Positions 57,177-64,000 of a stretch of DNA of 64,000 bases are shown in pieces. Each line of letters begins with the position of its first letter. Position 1 is the first letter of the stretch. The position numbers and the translations under genes are program-made. The notes below the pieces were generated by a model. That model searched no databases, was not told the origin of the DNA, and saw nothing but the letters and a program-made list of their open reading frames with translations. This DNA comes from a virus (taxonomy: Duplodnaviria > Caudoviricetes): IMG/VR virus record IMGVR_UViG_3300021431_000075, positions 128,001 to 192,000 of that record; one strand, given 5' to 3'.

Positions 57177-57220
57177 GAAAGCGCATAAGACAGAATCGTC
57201 CGATTGCGCTTTCTTCTTTT
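57177..57220. terminator. hairpin / terminator
   Basis: gaaagcgca...tgcgctttc flanked by T-rich runs. Confidence 0.65.
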
Positions 57221-57248
57221 TGACCGTCCGGTCTATTAAGCCATTTGG

Positions 57249-57347
57249 TTACTGCTCGCTCTCGCAAACAACCACGTAAGGTTTCACGGACGCATCCGTG
57301 CATTCCTTGATTTCCGGCTTGATGTACTTTTTCTTTTTTGAATCCAT
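57249..57347 (-). CDS. 32-aa peptide with KKYIKPEI leader-like motif
   Basis: Read manually: MDSKKKKYIKPEIKECTDASVKPYVVVCESEQ*, followed by a hairpin. Confidence 0.55.
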   Translation of the reverse strand: MDSKKKKYIKPEIKECTDASVKPYVVVCESEQ

Positions 57348-57394
57348 ACGCTGGTACTTGTTTGTAGTTAAAAAATAAGTTAGGTTTATCTCTG

Positions 57395-58186
57395 TCACTT
57401 GAATGCCTCGTCGAGCATCTCAGCGACCTCGCTCTCTGTCTTGTCAGGAACCAAGTCCGCAGGAATCCCCACTTCTGCAAGAATGTTCTGCAGCTGGTTG
57501 AAGAACTTCACAGAACCGCGGAAACACTTACCGTTCCTCTTGTTCTCGATTGTCCACTGCTCGTTCTCTGAATATCTGACAATGAAGTCTCCATTTCCGG
57601 TCTCTTTCATATCAAGTTCGTATATCCCGTCCGTGCATATGAATCTATTCTCTTTCTCTGTGAACAGAGTTTCCGCAATCTCTATCTTCTCAATATTTCC
57701 ATACGGAACCACATCGTCAATCCCGTCAACCCTCCATCCTTCATCTGTCCTGTCAAGCAGCATCCGGTTCACGTTTCCGACTCTTGCGAAGTTGAACTTC
57801 CTAAGTTCCATATTGCATCTACGAACATCGATGCTAATGTCACTTCTGTGATGACTCTTCAGCGCGGTCTGCAGTTCATGGATGAACTTCATCCGTATTG
57901 TCGTCTCGTGCAGACTAACCGACATCGTCCAGTTTTCTTCTGTTGAATCATATGACAGAATCAACATATTCGTTCCGCTTCCGAACACAAACCTCTCCTT
58001 CGCGCCGAAGAAGCCGGCTTCCTCAAGAATATCCGGAGTTATATGAACCGGCTGGCACATGTCTATCCCGACTTCTTGACCGTCATCGAGCGTTACGTTG
58101 CTTCCGCTGATTCCTGCTATCCTGAACGGCTTTCCGTCATAAGAAACCCAGAATGAAATCATTATGTCTGTGATATCCATAGGCAT
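57395..58186 (-). CDS. hypothetical protein with internal duplication
   Basis: ITPDILEEAGF...FIHELQ and IAETLF...FFNQLQN. Confidence 0.75.
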   Translation of the reverse strand: MPMDITDIMISFWVSYDGKPFRIAGISGSNVTLDDGQEVGIDMCQPVHITPDILEEAGFFGAKERFVFGSGTNMLILSYDSTEENWTMSVSLHETTIRMKFIHELQTALKSHHRSDISIDVRRCNMELRKFNFARVGNVNRMLLDRTDEGWRVDGIDDVVPYGNIEKIEIAETLFTEKENRFICTDGIYELDMKETGNGDFIVRYSENEQWTIENKRNGKCFRGSVKFFNQLQNILAEVGIPADLVPDKTESEVAEMLDEAFK

Positions 58187-58301
58187 ATAGTTTTGAAAAG
58201 GAGCCAGCAAGACCGAACTAACCTGTTAGTTTCAATCCTGACATGACTCCTGCTCTTTGTATATTTATTTTCAGAAGGAGCATTCAGACCGAAACATGTC
58301 A

Positions 58302-59099
58302 TCAATCCCACCATGTAGCGGTGTACCTCTCTCTAATATAATAATAAAGATGCTTGCACTTTGCAATATACATCTCATGCAAATATCCACGTTCCATCGC
58401 CTGCTCGAAACACTTCTCTCCCATAAACCTTGAACAGTTTTTCGTATTGAAATCCGGTCCGTCATACACATACTTGCTTGTTCCCTTATCAAACCGGTAG
58501 AGTTCAGCATCCGTTCCTTTCGGCAAATCTATCCATTCGCCATCCTCGCCATACTTTCCGGGAACAAACTCGCACTTCCCGTCATAATGGTACAAATCAG
58601 TCTCGTTGATGATTATGCCAAGAAGACGCTTTGCAAGTCCGAGATATTTAAGGATATGCTCGTACTGTTCATCGCACATTAGTTGATGATGCGTGAACCA
58701 GTACATCATCTTGTCCAGTTGCGCGTACTCGATGTCAAGCAGATAACCGAAATCCCAAGGATATGCATGGTATGCTCTGCTTACAAGTCTCCAGTGATAT
58801 TTGTTAGTGTTGCAATAAAGCCATGTCCTGATACTTTTATAAGTGTCATACGGAACCTGCCACACATAATAAAGAATATAGTCGTCTATCCACTTCGCAA
58901 ATTTGTTCCTCTTTGTGATACTGTACCATCTATTTGGAATGCTCTTGACAAACTTGCGGAACTTCATCAAGCGAGAAACGACATTCTCGTCCATCCATCC
59001 GGCTACTGCATTCATATGCTGCTTACACCACTGACATATTGTTGTTTTTCTCGACATCTTCATTTTTATAATTAAAAACATTTTTGCAAAAATAGGCAA
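58302..59099 (-). CDS. hypothetical phage protein ending WWD
   Basis: YPWDFGYLL...C-terminal WWD; true start probably about 59063. Confidence 0.75.
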   Translation of the reverse strand: MPIFAKMFLIIKMKMSRKTTICQWCKQHMNAVAGWMDENVVSRLMKFRKFVKSIPNRWYSITKRNKFAKWIDDYILYYVWQVPYDTYKSIRTWLYCNTNKYHWRLVSRAYHAYPWDFGYLLDIEYAQLDKMMYWFTHHQLMCDEQYEHILKYLGLAKRLLGIIINETDLYHYDGKCEFVPGKYGEDGEWIDLPKGTDAELYRFDKGTSKYVYDGPDFNTKNCSRFMGEKCFEQAMERGYLHEMYIAKCKHLYYYIRERYTATWWD

Positions 59100-59136
59100 A
59101 ACAAGCGAAACCGCAAAGAAAAAATCAAAAATATTT

Positions 59137-61929
59137 TCAAAGTTCCGATAATCTTTGTATAAACATGTTCATCTCTGCATTTGTTGCCGGTCTCGCATCT
59201 TTCATCTTATCCGGATGAAATTCCATCGGATTTTCCGCATCATCGCACATTATAGATTTATCTCCAATTCCTTTAATATACAATCCGGAAGTCAACTTGA
59301 TGCCATCGTCTGTTTTAATCACGTCTTTGACAACAACTAAACAATCTTCAACTCTGACAAAGTCCCCTGCATGAATTACGCCCGGAGTCCACAGATAGAA
59401 CTTCTTGTATTCTGTATGCTTGTTCACATATGACAACGCATCAGAATCCTTGCAGTGCCTGACCACGAATATGTCTTCATACTCATCAACAATCTCCATG
59501 CATTCGCCGTCAAGCTTTCTTACAATGAAGTCTCCAACACAAACACGACGCCCCGACTTGTTCCATACAGTCTTGAAATTCGCTGACTTGGTTCTATGTT
59601 CGTTTTCACTCGAAGTAACACTCCCATCATCTGAAATAGTAACACCCGCTTCATCTGAATTGGAAAATTCATTCTTGAAGAATATGCATTTATCAACAGC
59701 ATATAGATACTCTTGATAAGTTGCAGGTCTCACTTCACAATTCTCCAAATCAAAAGTCTTTACATAACGAACCGCAGGCGTCTCGTTTGACGACATATTA
59801 TATTCCACAACAACTTGCATATGTATCGTATTCTTGTCATAATACGCATCATACTGATTACATAAGCAAATGTATGTCTTGTCTTCTGTATGCGACTTAA
59901 GAACGACAACAGAACCATCTTTTATATCAGCAATTGACCACAAACGTAGTCCGGCATTTTTATGCACAATGTATGAATTGCTGAACTGCTGCTTTAATAA
60001 TATATGTGATGCGCTTTCTCCGGAAAGTTGGTCATATGACACAAGAACAACACAAAATACATTTCCTTTCAAATCAACAACCCAGTCTCCCTTATCAAAA
60101 TAACAACAATATTTCTCTGTTTCCGTTTCTTTATTTGGCATCATATTCGTCGTTTCTTTTTCATTTATCGACTTTATAACGCTCAAATACTTGTCTTTAA
60201 CACTCTGGCGCACCGGATATACCCATTGAACCGGCAACATATTCCGGTCTTGCATCTTTATTTTCCAATCAGGCTTGATATCATCCTTTGACAAACTGTC
60301 ATCAGATAATTGCTTCATAACATAATCTTCAACTTCTAACACGTCAGATGAAATCCCTTTCATCTTTCCATAGCCGACAGGTCCGTTCTTCCCTACCACG
60401 CAAATAACATCTCCCCGAGCAACATCTATCTTCAGATTCATCAGACGGAATCTTGAGAGATTCGCGTCAGTCAGTTCAATCGTTCCTCTCCGCAACCCGG
60501 TGTCCAGACTATACAACACGATTATGTTTCCGTTATATTTTTCTGGGTGCTTCTCGTAACAAAGTCCATATGTAATAGCACCATACACGATGATTCTCAA
60601 ATCACCGTTAACAATCCCGTCCGTGATATACTTCCAGACAGCTTCATTCTCCGGAAGCCTAAAGCAGTTCTCATACTCTTTAAAGTCCCTGATTGTAATG
60701 TTGTCGTTTTTGTCAAATGATATGTCCAATCTCTCTCCGAATTCTCCATATATGACCATTATGTCATAACGGACACTATACATCCTTCCGGAGATGAACT
60801 TGTATATGCCGTCAACAACAATAGACTCGATGCACTCGAACCATCCATACATCTTATTCTCCACCATCGACTTGTTACCAAGCCATATGTGCGGATACTC
60901 ACCATGAAGCGCACTTACAAAAAACTGAATGCCTGCCTTGTTCATACACAAATATCCGCCAGTCGTAGATGAAACCACAGAGACCGGAGTAATTACCGAC
61001 TTCGATACGAGCAGTTCTCCATCCGGCACCCGTATGCGACCGATTTCATCTTGTTCGTTCTTATTCACCATAGACTTCGTTTCGTGTAACAAACAATGAT
61101 TATCATAAATATCCTTGATTGCTTCCCATACCGGACATATCCTGACATTTCTCTTGCCTGATATATCATATTCGTATTCTTCGAAAAAATTGTTTGGAGA
61201 TGACAAATCATCTATATCTATATTCTTGACATAGTTCTTGAATATAATATGCGTATCTTTGAAACCCATGAACAATCCACCGCCTCGAGTATCCAAAGTT
61301 CCGGGAATACTCGCGCTTTCTTCATGAATTACAACAAAGTCGCCAAGTTTTGCATCCACGTCAAGAAGCCACGGACGAATCCTATTGATTTTTTCAAGTC
61401 TCTGCGCATTGCATACAAACCTAAATTCAGTTTGACGAGTTGCGTCAAGCGACATCAAATTGACAATATCATTATTTGAATATTCACCATGCGAATGAAC
61501 CTGCAAAAGATAAGGTTTGCCGTCCATTACGCAGCATTCCATGCCGACAAACTGAGTTGACATATATCTAATAAGCCTATCGTATGGAGCATCATCAAAC
61601 CACACATCAAAATCCTCCCACCTGTATCCACTCAATGAAGAATAAACCTGCATTCTCAATGCGTGTCCATTCTCTCTCTGAATCGGAAATCTAAATCCAT
61701 ACTCGCCATAAATCCAGCCCAATAATTCAGAATACCAGTACATGTGTCCGGCAATGAACTTGCAGATTCCGCCATGGTTCATGTCCCTGATACACCGGCA
61801 CCAGTTTCCGGATACAGAAACGCCGGTATTCGCAGCATCATCAGCAGCGGAAACCGGTTTCTTGTTCTCGTCGGATGAAACCGCATCATATAAATTCGAA
61901 TCACTTTGCATAGTCAGGCAAATCAACAA
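59137..61929 (-). CDS. divergent modular repeat-family protein
   Basis: PWLLDVDAKLGD, LWSIADIKDG..RPATYQE, LWTPG..AGD..RPATNAE; C(I/R).....KFI.G.MY domains. Confidence 0.85.
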   Translation of the reverse strand: MLICLTMQSDSNLYDAVSSDENKKPVSAADDAANTGVSVSGNWCRCIRDMNHGGICKFIAGHMYWYSELLGWIYGEYGFRFPIQRENGHALRMQVYSSLSGYRWEDFDVWFDDAPYDRLIRYMSTQFVGMECCVMDGKPYLLQVHSHGEYSNNDIVNLMSLDATRQTEFRFVCNAQRLEKINRIRPWLLDVDAKLGDFVVIHEESASIPGTLDTRGGGLFMGFKDTHIIFKNYVKNIDIDDLSSPNNFFEEYEYDISGKRNVRICPVWEAIKDIYDNHCLLHETKSMVNKNEQDEIGRIRVPDGELLVSKSVITPVSVVSSTTGGYLCMNKAGIQFFVSALHGEYPHIWLGNKSMVENKMYGWFECIESIVVDGIYKFISGRMYSVRYDIMVIYGEFGERLDISFDKNDNITIRDFKEYENCFRLPENEAVWKYITDGIVNGDLRIIVYGAITYGLCYEKHPEKYNGNIIVLYSLDTGLRRGTIELTDANLSRFRLMNLKIDVARGDVICVVGKNGPVGYGKMKGISSDVLEVEDYVMKQLSDDSLSKDDIKPDWKIKMQDRNMLPVQWVYPVRQSVKDKYLSVIKSINEKETTNMMPNKETETEKYCCYFDKGDWVVDLKGNVFCVVLVSYDQLSGESASHILLKQQFSNSYIVHKNAGLRLWSIADIKDGSVVVLKSHTEDKTYICLCNQYDAYYDKNTIHMQVVVEYNMSSNETPAVRYVKTFDLENCEVRPATYQEYLYAVDKCIFFKNEFSNSDEAGVTISDDGSVTSSENEHRTKSANFKTVWNKSGRRVCVGDFIVRKLDGECMEIVDEYEDIFVVRHCKDSDALSYVNKHTEYKKFYLWTPGVIHAGDFVRVEDCLVVVKDVIKTDDGIKLTSGLYIKGIGDKSIMCDDAENPMEFHPDKMKDARPATNAEMNMFIQRLSEL

Positions 61930-61937
61930 AAGACAGT

Positions 61938-62357
61938 CTAATCGTCAAACGCATCAACGACAGCATCAACAAACTCACCTGCAATGATGTATTTCACGCC
62001 ATTTACAGTGAACTGAAAATCACCATCCGGACGAATCTTCTTTTTGAAGTTCTGAATTTCTGAAACCCATTCATTCACAGGAAACTTGTCAAGATATATC
62101 ATCAATGCAGATATTGCACGCTTCTTGTCATATCTATGCAAAGTCCAAGGCTTGCCGACAAGATTGCGATAACTAACTGTACTACATGAAACAGAATTAT
62201 CACCAACCGGTTTTGCTTTACCGAACACATCACAATCATCCGCAACATTTTCAATAGCGGAACGAATCACGTTCTTGATTTGTTCACGCATTTCAGAAAC
62301 TTGCTTCTCATATCCAGCAAGTTCATTGAACATTTTTTCAAAACCTTTTGTTTTCAT
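61938..62357 (-). CDS. hypothetical protein
   Basis: 139-aa ORF. Confidence 0.7.
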   Translation of the reverse strand: MKTKGFEKMFNELAGYEKQVSEMREQIKNVIRSAIENVADDCDVFGKAKPVGDNSVSCSTVSYRNLVGKPWTLHRYDKKRAISALMIYLDKFPVNEWVSEIQNFKKKIRPDGDFQFTVNGVKYIIAGEFVDAVVDAFDD

Positions 62358-62361
62358 GCTT

Positions 62362-62619
62362 CTATATCTTTAAATTGTTAAAATCATTATATTTGACAAG
62401 TGCAGTGCATTTGGCTTCATCCTTGCCAAATATGTCCTTGCCGTTGATGATCGGATTGAACCTCAAATTCATCATAACCCACGGATAGATGTATGAATCT
62501 ATATCATAAACGATTATGATGACAAAGTTAATTGCCATGAAGAAAGAAGTCCAGCCATAACCTTTCCAGTAGTTCTTCCAGTTTCTCTTAAGTTTTTCAA
62601 TATCGATTTTCATGTTCAT
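62362..62619 (-). CDS. small membrane protein
   Basis: One TM segment; follows TATCTTTGC near 62642. Confidence 0.55.
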   Translation of the reverse strand: MNMKIDIEKLKRNWKNYWKGYGWTSFFMAINFVIIIVYDIDSYIYPWVMMNLRFNPIINGKDIFGKDEAKCTALVKYNDFNNLKI

Positions 62620-62883
62620 TGCTGTTTTGATTGTTCTTGCTGCAAAGATAACATTAATGTTTCGATTATGCAAGCATTTTAGGAAAATTTAACAAAAGAG
62701 AAACTTTAAAAATCAATCAGTCTTTTCCACATCTCGTTCTGATGTTTCTGTTCTCTCGTTGAACAAATTTATCAGAAGCGGAACCGTATGAATCTCATGG
62801 TCTCTAAAGAACTTGAACGAGATCATTGCAGAAAACATCAAAATGAGCACATTAAAGAGAAATCTCTTCACATCAAAAATGCA

Positions 62884-63417
62884 TTAAAACAACTCAAATT
62901 GTTCAAAACTGTCATCTATACTTACAATCGGTGAACTCTCTATATAACTCAAATCAGAGACCTTTTTATCCACATCATTTTCATCGTTATCAATCAAGTT
63001 GAGCAGTTCCTTGCTGCTCTTATCCGGAAACTTACTAACTCTGTCTTTCACCCAAGCAATAAACCAGTTCTCACGAACAAACAACAAGGTTCCGGCACTC
63101 TGACCGACAACATCACATAATTTGTTTATCTCTGAATCTGAATTTCCAGACTCTATCTTGTCAGCAAGCCTGTCATCAACCATAACAGCATCAACATCGC
63201 TTGAAAACAAACTGCTGGCATATGCGCCGAAATTTCCAAGCAGCTGCCTTATGATGCTCTTGTCGGTTCCATAGCAATCCGGAAGAAACATCTCGATGCC
63301 GTAGATAGGATTTCTGAATTTTTTGCTTTCTGTATCGAACAATGCTTCACCTTCTCTTGAAACAAGACTGTTCCTGATTGCTTCAATCGGATTTATTTCC
63401 TTTACGTTCTTTGTCAT
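62884..63417 (-). CDS. possible BRCT-like domain protein
   Basis: QLLGNFGA......VDAVMV...FVRENWF pattern. Confidence 0.45.
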   Translation of the reverse strand: MTKNVKEINPIEAIRNSLVSREGEALFDTESKKFRNPIYGIEMFLPDCYGTDKSIIRQLLGNFGAYASSLFSSDVDAVMVDDRLADKIESGNSDSEINKLCDVVGQSAGTLLFVRENWFIAWVKDRVSKFPDKSSKELLNLIDNDENDVDKKVSDLSYIESSPIVSIDDSFEQFELF

Positions 63418-63424
63418 ATCTCAA

Positions 63425-64000
63425 TTACATAAATGGCGAATAAATTTTTATTGTTTCTTTTATTAGCGAATCAACATATGATTCGTCATCGTGGTTATCG
63501 TCAGTTTTCGTCTTTATCGAAACATCGTTCTGTCTTCTATTAAACGCTTTCATCAATTCAGACGCAATCTTTCTATTTTCAGAACAAGATGCTGGCTTCA
63601 CATAACTTCCAAAAAACCATCGCTGTTCTTTTTGGATATTTATTGATTCAGAATCCGGTTCCCAACAGTTCTCTATGAAAATAGTGCTACCGAACTTCAC
63701 GATAGAGCAATCATCTTTCTCTACTTTTTCAACTACAAAGACTGTATTTCCTGAAGTCAAAACATCACCGACTTGAACTACACTCGGACTCCACAAATAA
63801 AAATTTCTATAGTTTCTTCTCTTGTTCAAAACAAACAGTCCGTCTGAACCGATGCCGCAAATAGAAACTATGAAAAAATCCGGATAATCAGATTCTATCT
63901 TAAATATAGTTCCGTCAGATTTCCTAACGATATAATCACTTATATGGACAATCCGTCCGCTTTTATTCCAAGTCTGTCCGTTCTTATTCCAAGTCTGTCC
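63425..64000 (-). CDS. repeat-family protein, partial (open from window end)
   Basis: GQTWNKSGRIVHISDYIVRKSDG...FYLWSP..QVGD...KPAS; homologous to the C-terminus of 59137..61929. Confidence 0.75.
   Translation of the reverse strand, partial: GQTWNKNGQTWNKSGRIVHISDYIVRKSDGTIFKIESDYPDFFIVSICGIGSDGLFVLNKRRNYRNFYLWSPSVVQVGDVLTSGNTVFVVEKVEKDDCSIVKFGSTIFIENCWEPDSESINIQKEQRWFFGSYVKPASCSENRKIASELMKAFNRRQNDVSIKTKTDDNHDDESYVDSLIKETIKIYSPFM

Noticed and set aside
373-61987. Numerous short opposite-strand or overlapping ORFs in the track (e.g. 5203..5625, 11697..12275, 46666..47262, 57133..57480)
   Set aside because: They shadow better-supported genes and show no recognisable motifs.
1-64000. Genome-wide stop-codon reassignment (TAG=Gln as in Lak phages, or TGA=Trp)
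   Set aside because: Long ORFs are intact under the standard code; luxS ends in TAG directly before a terminator; many genes end in TGA with ATGA coupling. Only isolated in-frame stops were seen.
63960-64000. 21-bp tandem repeat at the window end as an array start
   Set aside because: Two copies only, in frame within a CDS (GQTWNKN GQTWNKS); it cannot be assessed beyond the edge.

Overview
Accessory region of a very large dsDNA phage (jumbo/megaphage-like), probably infecting Bacteroidota (Prevotella-like). The evidence is densely packed hypothetical ORFs in long same-strand blocks, repeated Bacteroidota TAnnTTTG promoter motifs, T4-like TAAATA late-promoter-like motifs, one tRNA-Arg(UCU) and no housekeeping operons. 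The standard genetic code fits. The dominant feature is a large expansion (about 15 genes, roughly 35 copies counted by eye) of one ~110-140 aa module, [F.(V/I)GDW..]-[W(S/T)I.DA..GD]-[(H/R)PAT.EQ..LF..M...GY.W]. It is combined with other small domains and shows near-identical DNA blocks shared between different genes. Recognisable genes are luxS, an RNA 2'-phosphotransferase (kptA/Tpt1), an outer-membrane beta-barrel, a BspA-type LRR protein, a GNAT acetyltransferase, YopX and MmcB-like proteins, three nuclease-less Zn-ribbon repeat proteins and three different TnpB-type genes. Two of the TnpB elements have exactly reconstructable insertion sites that split phage genes in frame. Three consecutive putative adhesin genes share a near-identical ~60-bp poly(A)-containing upstream element and an Arg-rich N-terminus. 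All calls come from reading motifs by eye; no database search was run.
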